Virus record (IMG/VR): IMGVR_UViG_3300047481_002482
Origin: an uncultured virus (IMG/VR IMGVR_UViG_3300047481_002482)
Taxonomy: Duplodnaviria; Heunggongvirae; Uroviricota; Caudoviricetes
DNA length: 64,000 bases
Reading direction: 5' to 3' (one strand)
Shown: piece after piece, positions 18,750-28,854 of the stretch
How the letters are laid out: each line of letters begins with the position of its first letter
Numbering within the stretch: position 1 is the stretch's first letter
Program-made: the position numbers and the translations under genes
The notes under the pieces: generated by a model
Databases searched by the model: none
The model's input: the letters and a program-made list of their open reading frames with translations, nothing else
What the model was told of the DNA's origin: nothing

Positions 18750-19744
18750 GGATAATTGATCCATCCATCGCCGGAGTTTTTGAATCATGGGAACCCTACA
18801 AAGATTTTTTCTATACTGATCATCGAGGTTGGGCCATGCCCGATACAGACAAGATCAAATCATTGGCCGATGCCTATGATTTCGTTGTAGCAAATTGCAG
18901 CACGGAACACTGGGGCAGCGAAAGAGATTTTCCATTGGTCGTAAGAGTGCATGACATATTGGCTGATCATTTCAACACGGGTTTTGTGTGCTTGTGCCAC
19001 GACCCTTCGGATGAGGATTTAAGACCTGGTATCTTGTATTTTTCTTTTTTTGCATGGCGCAAACAATGGAGATTGGTAGATCCTAATCGAATCTCAATCT
19101 CGGATAGAACCTACTTATTCAGTAATCTCAATCTGATCGCCAGAGATTTCCGGATCGCAAACTATCTTTGTTGGCAGCAACAACCTTATGCTGCCAAATC
19201 TCTGATCAGCATGCACAATGTAACGGAAGATCATCATGATTATGATGGACATTTTGGATTGACTGATGAAGAACTCAGTGATTGGCAACAAACACTACCA
19301 ACATTACCGTCCAAAATCTGTGATGGTTTCAACCTCTTGTTTGATGTATATCATCCAGCATTTAGAGACAGTTATCTGCATCTGGTGTCAGAGTCCACGA
19401 TCAAAGATAAGATCTTCTTGACTGAAAAAACTTGGCAGCCGATCTTGGCCGGACAGTTGTTTATGGTGTGGGGTAATCCTGGTATTATTACACATCTGCG
19501 TAATCTCGGAGTAGATGTGTTTGATGACATCATTGACCATGAGTACGACACCATCTCTGATCATAGGACTAGACTCCAATACATACATAAAGAATTAAAT
19601 CGATTATCTCTATTAAACTGGCAGCAGATATATCGCGACACCAACAAAAGAAGGCAGGATAACTCAGACAGTTTTGTCACAGGAAAATTTATAGCAAAAG
19701 TTGTGGATAAATTAAAATTACGGCTGCCACCTGGCATTCTATAA
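18746..19744 (+). CDS. Glycosyltransferase-like protein (TEKTxxP family)
   Basis: HLVSES...FLTEKTWQPI..GQ.F...G....L...G.D.FDD. Confidence 0.5.
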   Translation: MRIIDPSIAGVFESWEPYKDFFYTDHRGWAMPDTDKIKSLADAYDFVVANCSTEHWGSERDFPLVVRVHDILADHFNTGFVCLCHDPSDEDLRPGILYFSFFAWRKQWRLVDPNRISISDRTYLFSNLNLIARDFRIANYLCWQQQPYAAKSLISMHNVTEDHHDYDGHFGLTDEELSDWQQTLPTLPSKICDGFNLLFDVYHPAFRDSYLHLVSESTIKDKIFLTEKTWQPILAGQLFMVWGNPGIITHLRNLGVDVFDDIIDHEYDTISDHRTRLQYIHKELNRLSLLNWQQIYRDTNKRRQDNSDSFVTGKFIAKVVDKLKLRLPPGIL

Positions 19745-19745
19745 C

Positions 19746-20774
19746 ATGTATCATGCTGCCGAACTGGTACATTGGATGCGCAATCAAGATCATAAAATCT
19801 TGTTGCCAGCACAGGTGGATATTGATCTTACCAATATCTGTAATCAAGATTGTTATTATTGCAATTCAGCAGATCATCGAGCCGAAGCACCTGTGCAAAA
19901 AAAATACACAGAATACATCGATCTTCTGGACAAACTCGCAGGATGGCGTGCGCACAGTCCTGACAGTTATGGAACTACACATACAATCACATACCCAGGT
20001 GGTGGCGAACCCACGGTACTACCGGGTTACGAGCATGTGATTGAACATACCATCGATTTGGGATTTTTAACATCAATTACTACCAATGGATCAAAACTAG
20101 ATCGATTGTTAGATTCAGTCCCTGTGGAAAAATTGCGTAAACTGGCCTGGGTGGGCATTGACATTGATGCTGGTACCGAAGAACTGTATGAGAAAATACG
20201 GCGTAGCCTCACCAGTAGAAGTTTGTTTGACCGAGTCAAAGAAAATGCCCGAGAACTGATTCAAGCCGGGGTTAATGTAGATTTGAAATGTCTCATCAAT
20301 CCTTACAATGACAATCAAGAAGCCATCAACGATCTATTCAATTATGCCGCAGCAGTAAAGGGCCGAATGTTGTATTTCCGTCCTATGATATACAAAGATA
20401 GAGCACATCCTATCACAGAACAATTGGTGAATTGGGTTAAATCAGCCAGCGATCGGACTGGAGTATCATACTGGATCAACGAAAACAAGACCCAACCACG
20501 CCGATACAAACGATGCCATCAGATGTATCATTTTCCTGTGTTTTGTGCCGAAGGCCAGATTTATGTGTGCTGTGACAACAAAGGCAATCATGATTTTTCT
20601 ATTGGCCGATGGGACCAAGGTGATTTCAGAGATCTATGGTTGAGCACGCGGCACCATGATATATACAACAAGACCAATGTGAATCTGTGCGCTCCTTGCC
20701 GTCCAAATGTTACCAATAATGTGATCCAAGATATCTTGGATGATCCTAGGAAAATTGAACAGCTATATCTATGA
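19746..20774 (+). CDS. Radical SAM protein with C-terminal SPASM/twitch-like domain
   Basis: CNQDCYYC, GGGEPT, TNG, C-terminal C...CC...CAPC. Confidence 0.9.
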   Translation: MYHAAELVHWMRNQDHKILLPAQVDIDLTNICNQDCYYCNSADHRAEAPVQKKYTEYIDLLDKLAGWRAHSPDSYGTTHTITYPGGGEPTVLPGYEHVIEHTIDLGFLTSITTNGSKLDRLLDSVPVEKLRKLAWVGIDIDAGTEELYEKIRRSLTSRSLFDRVKENARELIQAGVNVDLKCLINPYNDNQEAINDLFNYAAAVKGRMLYFRPMIYKDRAHPITEQLVNWVKSASDRTGVSYWINENKTQPRRYKRCHQMYHFPVFCAEGQIYVCCDNKGNHDFSIGRWDQGDFRDLWLSTRHHDIYNKTNVNLCAPCRPNVTNNVIQDILDDPRKIEQLYL

Positions 20775-21136
20775 ACATAACATTCCCTGTCATCGAATTG
20801 CTTGATCGTTATGCGATTGCCCGGGTCAAATGGCAAAAAACCAATGGATCCAATCCTGCTGAGCTAGAATTCTACCAAACACAGATCGATCAGTTGCCAG
20901 CAGATCAGATCGGTAATGGCATCAAAGCACTAGAAGAAATCCATACACATATCTGGGCCCTAGAAAGCGAGCTTAAAAGCGACCGAGAACGCGAGTTGGC
21001 CTTAGAGGAAATCGGCCGCCGGGCGCTGGTGATAAGAGACTGGAACCGAAAAAGGATCGAGGTGAAAAACAGCATCGCAGACATCATCAACAAGGACGCA
21101 GTGAGAGAAATAAAAAAGGATCATCTGTCTGAATGA
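20771..21136 (+). CDS. Hypothetical coiled-coil protein
   Basis: ELLDR..I..VK...IW.LE...N..R...KN.I. Confidence 0.7.
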   Translation: MNITFPVIELLDRYAIARVKWQKTNGSNPAELEFYQTQIDQLPADQIGNGIKALEEIHTHIWALESELKSDRERELALEEIGRRALVIRDWNRKRIEVKNSIADIINKDAVREIKKDHLSE

Positions 21137-21630
21137 TATGGCATAAAGGACATGTTGATCCATGGTGGGATCACAGTTTCAAAGATCTCGATTATCAATA
21201 CTATCCATTAAAGAACACCCATGATCTTGTGCGTTGGATAAACGAAGGATATCAGCACCTGAGGCTCAACGGAGGATTGTATAACATGTCCAGAATCATG
21301 CCCAAATATGCGGAGAGATTTTTACATCTTTTTCCTTGGGAGGACGTGGGCATCGCGTTTTACAAGATGTGTACCTGTGATGCATTGCCTTTACATACCG
21401 ACAGCTATATTTCTTATCGTAAAATGTTTGGTGCCAGTGCTGAGCAGATGTACAGAGCAATAGTTTTTCTAGAGGATTGGAAAAGCGGTCATTACTTCGA
21501 AATCGATGGGCATCCTATGATGCCCTGGAAAGCTGGAGACTGGATTTATTGGAACAATGACGTGCCACATTATGCTGGAAATTTCGGTGTTGAACCCAGA
21601 TATACCATGCAGATCACCGGACACCTATGA
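21133..21630 (+). CDS. 2OG-Fe(II) oxygenase/cupin-like protein
   Basis: LPLHTD, W..GD...W....PH...N.G..PRYT.QITG. Confidence 0.7.
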   Translation: MIWHKGHVDPWWDHSFKDLDYQYYPLKNTHDLVRWINEGYQHLRLNGGLYNMSRIMPKYAERFLHLFPWEDVGIAFYKMCTCDALPLHTDSYISYRKMFGASAEQMYRAIVFLEDWKSGHYFEIDGHPMMPWKAGDWIYWNNDVPHYAGNFGVEPRYTMQITGHL

Positions 21631-22250
21631 AATCATTGGACGATTACACCGATCCTTTTGATGCTATAAAAGAATTTGAGCACTTATTACAAGAATATAC
21701 CGGTGCTTCTCACGCCATTGTTACCGACTGTTGTACACACGCTATCGAGATCGCGCTGCGTATCCGCAAGCCGGAAAAACTGGTTTTCCCCAACAAAACC
21801 TATCTCAGCGTGATCATGCTTATGCACAAGATAGATATCAAATACGAACTTATCGACAAATCGTGGTTCGAAGAGCGCAGATATCATCTCCAGGGCTCAG
21901 ACATCTGGGACTGTGCAAGATACTTTAGGGCAGACATGTTTCAACCAGGAGAGGTGCAATGTTTGAGCTTCAATCGGGGCAAACCTTTGGCTATTGGTCG
22001 AGGCGGAGCTATCCTCACCGACGATGCCGACCTGGCGGCCAGAGCGAATCGCATGAGATACGATGGACGAGACATTTTCCAATACAAGAACTGGCCAGAA
22101 CAACAAAATTTTGAAGTAGGCTACCATTACTATCTTCGACCAGAAGACTGTGTAATGGGTATAGATCTGCTGCGATCCGGCCATATCATTCCCCAACCTC
22201 TTTCAGTATTCAACTATCCTGATTGTAGAGCTATTAAAATTGTCCCTTGA
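21627..22250 (+). CDS. Short DegT/DnrJ-family PLP aminotransferase-like protein
   Basis: CT.AI.IAL, D.A, SF...KPL..GRGGAILTDD. Confidence 0.75.
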   Translation: MKSLDDYTDPFDAIKEFEHLLQEYTGASHAIVTDCCTHAIEIALRIRKPEKLVFPNKTYLSVIMLMHKIDIKYELIDKSWFEERRYHLQGSDIWDCARYFRADMFQPGEVQCLSFNRGKPLAIGRGGAILTDDADLAARANRMRYDGRDIFQYKNWPEQQNFEVGYHYYLRPEDCVMGIDLLRSGHIIPQPLSVFNYPDCRAIKIVP

Positions 22251-23022
22251 TTATTTGGATCCTGGTAGATGGCTAGTAGTACAATACCGTCCTGGTAGCG
22301 GTGGGAAATTCTTGTGCATGGCTCTAAGTACCATTGACAAAGTAGCCCATTGGGATCATAGAGTCGAAAACAAAGAGATTTGCTTCCAAGATTATATCAC
22401 CACTCTTTGGACCCCAAAGAAAAAAGATCTGTGGCTGGCGCACGAACCTATTACCGATTGGAATTTGACTTTTTTCAGTCGCACGATGCCTCGCGGCGAC
22501 CATCTTTCCTTGGAGCAATTTAATTATCTGTGTGACCAACAAGGCAGCGATTATTTTAAAAAAACATGGCGTTCGGGCAAAATAATTTTAGATTTTTTGA
22601 ATAAGAATCCGATGCCAATCTGGTGGATAGGGTCTATGACAGTAAAACTTGACGCTGATCTATCAGACCCAAAATACAGATCACGGTTATTAGATAAAAT
22701 TTATCTTTGGGATAATATCACGGGCATAGGATGTTCTATGATGGATAAGCCTATGCCTGAGCAAAAATATCATAATGCAATCTTGTATGACAACAAATGG
22801 CAACATGGTCCATTTGAAAGTTCCGATTGTTGGTTAAATTGGGTAATCGAGAATGATGATAGGATCAATTTTAGCCTATCACCTGCGGATATAAAAATGC
22901 ACGATCTATTAGATTACAAAAAAGTATATAACTTGGTAACGAAAATTGCCGAAAATTTAAAATCCGACATCCAAGAAAAAGATCTTAAATTTCTACATGA
23001 TTATTGGTCAACCAGGTGTTGA
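22240..23022 (+). CDS. Hypothetical protein
   Basis: 260 aa AT-rich ORF; N-terminal YRPGSGGKFL P-loop-like segment. Confidence 0.6.
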   Translation: MSLDYLDPGRWLVVQYRPGSGGKFLCMALSTIDKVAHWDHRVENKEICFQDYITTLWTPKKKDLWLAHEPITDWNLTFFSRTMPRGDHLSLEQFNYLCDQQGSDYFKKTWRSGKIILDFLNKNPMPIWWIGSMTVKLDADLSDPKYRSRLLDKIYLWDNITGIGCSMMDKPMPEQKYHNAILYDNKWQHGPFESSDCWLNWVIENDDRINFSLSPADIKMHDLLDYKKVYNLVTKIAENLKSDIQEKDLKFLHDYWSTRC

Positions 23023-23047
23023 CAGCGGTCTAAATATCATCTACAAT
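23019..23047 (+). promoter_or_regulatory. Sigma70 promoter with embedded TAAATA upstream of folE
   Basis: TTGACA-N17-TACAAT; TAAATA at 23031. Confidence 0.75.
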
Positions 23048-23090
23048 CATCTTTAACAATGGCGATCCACCGCATTAACTCGGAGAAATC

Positions 23091-23825
23091 ATGATCACTA
23101 AATTCAACGAACACGCCCAACCAAAAAGCGACAAAGGTACCTACCTCAGTGATGCCATCCGGCAGAACATGCGAGAGCAAGGCAAGCGGTTCTGGGCAGG
23201 CGACAACATCTCAGACTATGTGTATCCAGAGATGAAGAAGGTCTTGATCGATGAAGCCACCGAAGCATTTGAATTGGTACTGGATCGGCTGTTAATTGAT
23301 AGAGAAACCGATCCCAACTCAAAAGGAACAGCCCGCCGACTGGCCAAGATGTACTTCAACGAGATCATGTCCGGGCGTTATAATGCCCCACCCGATTGTA
23401 CAGCGTTCCCTAACCACAGCGAGGACCGCTACGAGGGAATGCTTGTGGTTCGTAGTGAAATTCGTAGTATGTGTTCTCATCATCACCAACCCGTTGTTGG
23501 CGTTGCTTATATTGGCATTCTCGCTGCAGAAAAGCTGATAGGATTGAGCAAATACACCCGCATCGCGCAGTGGTGCAGCCGGCGTGGCACCCTGCAGGAA
23601 GAACTATGCAACGATATCGCCCGAGAGATCATGAAGGTCACAGGCAGCGAAGATGTGGGTGTGTATATCCAGGCGCAACATGGATGCTGTGAAAATCGCG
23701 GCATCATGGCCCATTCTAGCCTCACCCAGACCACAGTGTTGCGAGGTGCGTTCCTGGCGGATCCTGCGGTTAAAAAAGAGTTCATGGACAATATCAAACT
23801 GCAACAGGATTTCGCGCCCCGATAG
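23091..23825 (+). CDS. folE: GTP cyclohydrolase I
   Basis: T..R.AKMY, SMCSHHH.P, GLSK..R, LQE, H.C...RG. Confidence 0.97.
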   Translation: MITKFNEHAQPKSDKGTYLSDAIRQNMREQGKRFWAGDNISDYVYPEMKKVLIDEATEAFELVLDRLLIDRETDPNSKGTARRLAKMYFNEIMSGRYNAPPDCTAFPNHSEDRYEGMLVVRSEIRSMCSHHHQPVVGVAYIGILAAEKLIGLSKYTRIAQWCSRRGTLQEELCNDIAREIMKVTGSEDVGVYIQAQHGCCENRGIMAHSSLTQTTVLRGAFLADPAVKKEFMDNIKLQQDFAPR

Positions 23826-23831
23826 CCTTGG

Positions 23832-23860
23832 TTGACCAGAAATTCCAGATATCGTAAACT
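23832..23860 (+). promoter_or_regulatory. Sigma70-type promoter
   Basis: TTGACC-N17-TAAACT. Confidence 0.6.
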
Positions 23861-23889
23861 AGTAACATCTCAATGATCTAGGAGCGATC

Positions 23890-26247
23890 ATGAAATTCCG
23901 TAGAACCGGTTTGGCCATCTCTGTAAGCCTGGCCCTCGCCGCCTGTGGCGGGGGTGGCGGGGGTGGTTCAACTACCTTGAGTCCTTTCGTTCGTGCCAGT
24001 GTTCCCTTCCACGCACCTGTCAGGATTGATTCTGTGCTGCCTACCGATGCCAATACCTATGTCTACAACAGCAGCGCATTGATATCACAGGACCTCCGAG
24101 GAAATGGCATCCAAAGCCTGATCCTGGCAGGTAGGATGGCCCCTAACGGTGGCACCTACCATGATTATCACATGCAGATCTGGGATTGGCAAAACGGAAA
24201 CCTAATCAATGCCACGGCATCCTGGTTTGCAGGTGATGACAACAAGATAACCGGCACCGAACCTTCGGTCCGTTTCGCTGATTTTGATCGAGATGGCAAG
24301 ATCGATATGTATGTGGCCCCACACACTGATACCAATGTGTTTGGGCCCGGCATAGTGTACTTCAATGAAGGCCACAGATTCACGCGCAGAAACATACTGT
24401 TAGACGATGTACCTGGGCACGGTAGCGCTGTGTTTGACCTCAACGGTGATGGATACACAGACATAGTGACCATGGGTCTGCGCTTCACATTTGGCGGGCC
24501 CGGCCGAAACTTTACCACCTATTGGGGCCGTGGTGATTATCCCGGTGGAGGAGCTGATGTGGCAGCGGCCGATTTTCTTGGCAACGGTACCAGCACATTG
24601 ATCCTTACTGACATGAACAGCAATCAAGTTGGTAACAATCGTTTGTACACTTGGAACATGGGTGCAGATGGTGTGTACATCACGCAGATCGGCACCTTGC
24701 CTACACCGAGGTTCTTGTTGCCAAAATGGGCAGGTTATGGCTTCGCCGGTAGCCATGATACTCGGGTGTTGGCCTTTGACTTTGATAACTCTGGGCTCAG
24801 CGACGCGGTGATATTCAGCCGACCTTGGATCACTGCTGGTCAATGGCCAGCCTACAGCGAAATACAGTTCAATCGTAATCTGGGCGGAGGTGTGTTCCAG
24901 GATGTGACCGATGCAGTATTGATCGGTTATGATAACACCTTGCCTGCTGCATATCATCCCGTGCTGACAGATGTCAACAACGACGGATTGATTGATATAG
25001 TGTTGGGCGGAACCGGATGGGGTAACAATCGTGGTGCCCAAGTGTTGCTACACACACAGGATCACCGATATGTGGCCAGCTATGCAGACATCTTGGAGGC
25101 CTTTGCCGATCAAGCCTTTGATCTCGAACGTGCTCTTCACAACACCGCGGGTTTTGGGGCCAATGGTATTGCGTTCGTGCGGGGACCAGACAACGTGATG
25201 TATCTTGCTACTGCGGTGAGCTATGAAGACAGCTCAGGACGGCACCAAAAAGCTATCTATCTCTCCAGACTGGGTGACATGGCCCCATCCGCTCAGGCCA
25301 CAGCCGATATGATACAACAGGTATGGCCCTGGATGAGTCCAGCACAGGTCAACTCAGTATTGGCCTCCACTGCCGGAAACTTTGTAAATGGAGTAGCGGT
25401 GATCGATCTCCGGCGCATTTGGTCGCCTGTGGGCCACCTCGGTCTGCTCGTGAATGGCAAGCGACAAGTGTTGGCGGGTCATGTTTCGGTGCCGGGCCTA
25501 GACAGCAAATCAATTTCTAGCATCACTGCTCTGGATGAGCTGGGCAGAGATTTCCGTGTGGATCTTTCCGTGATGCGCCAACACACCCCAAACCTCACAG
25601 TGGATCATATATTGAGCTCAGTTGATCCTCAACAGAACTGGAGCAGCCGAATGGTGGGTGATGCCACTCGGCAGAATCTGGGATTGAGCCTGACCGGTCG
25701 CACCGCAGATCGGTTTGCCAGTTCGGTGAGCACCCGCAGGATGGGCATCACGCAAGATTGGGATATCAATCTGGGCATAGCAAGAATGCCCGGCAGCCCA
25801 TGGATGAGTTTTTCGGGGGTGTTTGGCACCATCCAAGACAGTATCATGGTGGATACCACCCTGGGAAGGCATTGGTCAAACGGGGCTTTCGTGCAAGGCA
25901 GTGTGATGCAGACCACCACTAACTTCCAGACCGGCCTGATCGATCGAATCACACCATTATGGAGCGCATCGGCCATGGCAGGATGGCAGGACCAGGCATG
26001 GAGCTTGTATGGTGGAGTACAGCCTACTATAGTCGCTGGTTCAATGAGCATGACCTTGCCTACCAGTGTTGACAGGCAGGGCAAGGTACAATATACTAGA
26101 TACAGCACCAACATCAGGAACGATGCAGTGGCATTTGCCGGGTTCCAGCGTCGCTGGCGCTTTCAAGATCAGTCATGGAGCCTTTCTGGAGCACTCAACG
26201 ATCATGGCAGTTATCGCATGCAATTGGATTATCGCAAGGATTTTTGA
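23890..26247 (+). CDS. Lipoprotein with FG-GAP/VCBS repeats and probable C-terminal outer-membrane beta-barrel
   Basis: LAAC lipobox plus Gly linker; repeated D(F/L/V)xxDG..D motifs; alternating beta strands ending DYRKDF. Confidence 0.75.
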   Translation: MKFRRTGLAISVSLALAACGGGGGGGSTTLSPFVRASVPFHAPVRIDSVLPTDANTYVYNSSALISQDLRGNGIQSLILAGRMAPNGGTYHDYHMQIWDWQNGNLINATASWFAGDDNKITGTEPSVRFADFDRDGKIDMYVAPHTDTNVFGPGIVYFNEGHRFTRRNILLDDVPGHGSAVFDLNGDGYTDIVTMGLRFTFGGPGRNFTTYWGRGDYPGGGADVAAADFLGNGTSTLILTDMNSNQVGNNRLYTWNMGADGVYITQIGTLPTPRFLLPKWAGYGFAGSHDTRVLAFDFDNSGLSDAVIFSRPWITAGQWPAYSEIQFNRNLGGGVFQDVTDAVLIGYDNTLPAAYHPVLTDVNNDGLIDIVLGGTGWGNNRGAQVLLHTQDHRYVASYADILEAFADQAFDLERALHNTAGFGANGIAFVRGPDNVMYLATAVSYEDSSGRHQKAIYLSRLGDMAPSAQATADMIQQVWPWMSPAQVNSVLASTAGNFVNGVAVIDLRRIWSPVGHLGLLVNGKRQVLAGHVSVPGLDSKSISSITALDELGRDFRVDLSVMRQHTPNLTVDHILSSVDPQQNWSSRMVGDATRQNLGLSLTGRTADRFASSVSTRRMGITQDWDINLGIARMPGSPWMSFSGVFGTIQDSIMVDTTLGRHWSNGAFVQGSVMQTTTNFQTGLIDRITPLWSASAMAGWQDQAWSLYGGVQPTIVAGSMSMTLPTSVDRQGKVQYTRYSTNIRNDAVAFAGFQRRWRFQDQSWSLSGALNDHGSYRMQLDYRKDF

Positions 26248-26672
26248 TGCCAGAACCGGCTGCACAATATCTCACACATTACAGCCTCAAAGAGGCCTTG
26301 ATCGATGGTGTGGCACCCTGGCAGGACATGCACATGGATCTAGGCGATGTCAAGGTCTACCAAGATCGTTATCCTGTGACCCAGGGTCATCTGCTGTTCG
26401 TGCCTGAACGAGATGCTCCTGGCAACATAGCTGAAGCTTTCCGCATGGCCTACCTCATGGGCGAAGCCATGATCCGGCGTGGTGAATGTGTGGCTTTTAA
26501 CATTGGCATGAACCGAAATGCCGAGGCTGGACAGACCGTTCTGTATCCGCATGTGCATCTGATCCCACGGCGCGCGGGAGATTCGGAGGATCCTGTGGGT
26601 GGAGTGCGTGGCGTGATACCCGGTCAAGCTAACTACAAGAAAACTGGCTATAAAAACCCTACAGATAAATAA
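26247..26672 (+). CDS. HIT-family nucleotide hydrolase
   Basis: D.YPVT.GH.L.VP, AGQTV..PHVHLIPR. Confidence 0.92.
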   Translation: MPEPAAQYLTHYSLKEALIDGVAPWQDMHMDLGDVKVYQDRYPVTQGHLLFVPERDAPGNIAEAFRMAYLMGEAMIRRGECVAFNIGMNRNAEAGQTVLYPHVHLIPRRAGDSEDPVGGVRGVIPGQANYKKTGYKNPTDK

Positions 26673-26679
26673 TGTTTCC

Positions 26680-26724
26680 AGCGGCCTTTTCGACGCTCAT
26701 CCCGCTCTATAAACTCTGCGTGTC
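26680..26724 (+). ncRNA. preQ1-I-like riboswitch candidate upstream of queD
   Basis: P1 AGCGG/CCGCT, loop ending CATC, tail CTATAAAC, GACGC able to pair with downstream GCGT. Confidence 0.5.
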
Positions 26725-26742
26725 TTGCTTACACAGGAGACG

Positions 26743-27279
26743 ATGATGGCAACTTATGTTTCAACAAAAACTTATGGCAACGATCGAGGACTTTCTTGCT
26801 GTTTCCGCCAATGGCGAAGCACACACAGCCATTGCAGCCTGCTACATGGCTACTCGATTGGTATCAGATTAGTATTTGAATCTGAAACATTAGATGATAA
26901 AAATTGGGTGTGTGATTTTGGGGGACTCCAAGCTTTCAAAGACTGGGCTGAGCACATGTTCGATCACACGCTCGTGATAGCCAAGGACGATCCGCATCTC
27001 GATCTGTTCTTGCGGATGGCCGAACTGGGCCTTCAGGATTCCGGAGGTGTTTGCGACATCCGACTGGTAGAAGCAGTGGGCTGCGAAAAGTTCGCGGAAC
27101 TGGCTTACCATGTGATGGCGGATATCTTGCGGACTTTCCAGGCCGATGAGACCTGGCATTTCATGAGCGGCGATCAGATCGTGGATTATGCACCACGCTA
27201 TCCAGTGGGCCAAGGAGTGCGGCTGCGATCAGTAGAAGTGTTTGAACATGCGGGCAACTCGGCGATCTATGAAGGTTGA
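26743..27279 (+). CDS. queD: 6-carboxy-5,6,7,8-tetrahydropterin synthase
   Basis: CSLLHGY, DFGGL, FDH, E..A; AGGAG RBS. Confidence 0.9.
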   Translation: MMATYVSTKTYGNDRGLSCCFRQWRSTHSHCSLLHGYSIGIRLVFESETLDDKNWVCDFGGLQAFKDWAEHMFDHTLVIAKDDPHLDLFLRMAELGLQDSGGVCDIRLVEAVGCEKFAELAYHVMADILRTFQADETWHFMSGDQIVDYAPRYPVGQGVRLRSVEVFEHAGNSAIYEG

Positions 27280-28075
27280 TATTTCAGTGCTACTGCCCAC
27301 GAGAGGCAGGACCCAGGCGTTGAAGACCAGCATTTACAGTCTGCTAGATCGGGCCAAGCGACCAGACGGCATGGAAATCTTGTTGGCTTTCGATCACGAT
27401 GATCAATCATCATTCCAATGGTTCCAAGATCATGTGGCAGACATCATCGACGATGCTGGAGCACACTATACTTGTTTTGGTTTTGATAGACTGGGCTATA
27501 TCAGGCTCAATGAGTACATCAATCATCTGGCCGGTCACAGCCAAGGTCAGTGGTTGTTTTTCTGGGGCGATGACGCTATCATGGAGAGCGCGGACTGGGA
27601 TCAGCGCATCCGTGAAGTCAAAGCCTTCCGGGTGCTGAGGATACCCACACACAAGCAGCATCCCTATGCTATATTCCCAATAGTGCCCAGGGCCTGGTAC
27701 GATCTGTTTGGTTATGTGTCGGCACATCAGCTCACTGATTCATGGGTAAGCCAGATAGCCTACATGCTGGATGTCATGCACAATATCGATGTGACAGTCA
27801 CACATGACCGATTCGACCTCACCGGCAACAACGGAGACGACACCTGGAAGAACCGTCCCATGCTGGAGGGCCGTCCTGAAGATCCCAGAGATTTCAACCA
27901 CATGAGCTGGCGCAATCGCCGCATGGCGGACGCGGCGCGGATCTGCGAGATGCTGGAACAGCAGGGTCATGATATGCCTTGGTTCCATGGTGTGATCGCT
28001 GGCACGCAGGACCCCTGGGCCAAGATGGTCAGCGACGAATATGATCCCAATCGCCAGCTCACAGTGTTCAAATGA
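27269..28075 (+). CDS. GT-A (GT2-like) glycosyltransferase
   Basis: ISVLLPTRGR, D.DD, FWGDD. Confidence 0.75.
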   Translation: MKVDISVLLPTRGRTQALKTSIYSLLDRAKRPDGMEILLAFDHDDQSSFQWFQDHVADIIDDAGAHYTCFGFDRLGYIRLNEYINHLAGHSQGQWLFFWGDDAIMESADWDQRIREVKAFRVLRIPTHKQHPYAIFPIVPRAWYDLFGYVSAHQLTDSWVSQIAYMLDVMHNIDVTVTHDRFDLTGNNGDDTWKNRPMLEGRPEDPRDFNHMSWRNRRMADAARICEMLEQQGHDMPWFHGVIAGTQDPWAKMVSDEYDPNRQLTVFK

Positions 28076-28854
28076 CTGAGCTGATCGAGACAGTGAAACA
28101 ATACTGGGATCGGCAGCCCTGCAATGTGAGGCACAGCGATCATCCGGTGGGGTCAAGAGAATACTTTGATCAGGTTGAGTTGAGGAAGTTCCAGGCCGAG
28201 CCCCACATCTTGAACTTCAGTGAGTTCAGCCGCTGGCGCGATCAGTCGATGCTGGAGATAGGTTGCGGCATCGGTACAGCAGCGGTGAACTTTGCCAGAT
28301 TCGGTGCAAAGTATACCGGAGTAGAACTCAGTGGTGAAAGCCTAGCTCTTACCCGGCAGAGGTTTGAAGTGTATGGATTGAAAGGGGACTTCTATCAAGG
28401 CAATGCCGAAGAGCTGCCTGATTTCCTGCCAGCCAAGCAGTATGACATGATATACTCTTGGGGAGTGATACATCACACTCCCAATCCTGATCGAGTGATT
28501 GCACAGGTGTGTGATTATCTGCGTCCAGGCGGTACCTTGAAGATCATGGTGTACGCCCGCGACAGCTGGAAAAACTACATGATCGAAGCTGGCTTGGATC
28601 AACCCGAGGCCCAATGGGGCTGCCCAGTGGTGCATAACTACACCCGAGAAGCATTGGCCGATCTCATAGGATCAAATTTTGAAATAGAAACCATAGAACA
28701 AGATCATATCTTTCCCTATGAGATCCAAGCCTACAAACGCAAACAATATGTGTTGCAGCCTTGGTTCCAGCACATGTCCAAACAGATGTTTTCAGTGCTT
28801 GAACGGCATCTGGGATGGCATCTAATGGCCACAGCGCGCCGCAAGGAAGCATAG
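28072..28854 (+). CDS. Class I SAM-dependent methyltransferase
   Basis: LEIGCGIG, YSWGVIHHTP, LRPGG. Confidence 0.92.
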   Translation: MTELIETVKQYWDRQPCNVRHSDHPVGSREYFDQVELRKFQAEPHILNFSEFSRWRDQSMLEIGCGIGTAAVNFARFGAKYTGVELSGESLALTRQRFEVYGLKGDFYQGNAEELPDFLPAKQYDMIYSWGVIHHTPNPDRVIAQVCDYLRPGGTLKIMVYARDSWKNYMIEAGLDQPEAQWGCPVVHNYTREALADLIGSNFEIETIEQDHIFPYEIQAYKRKQYVLQPWFQHMSKQMFSVLERHLGWHLMATARRKEA

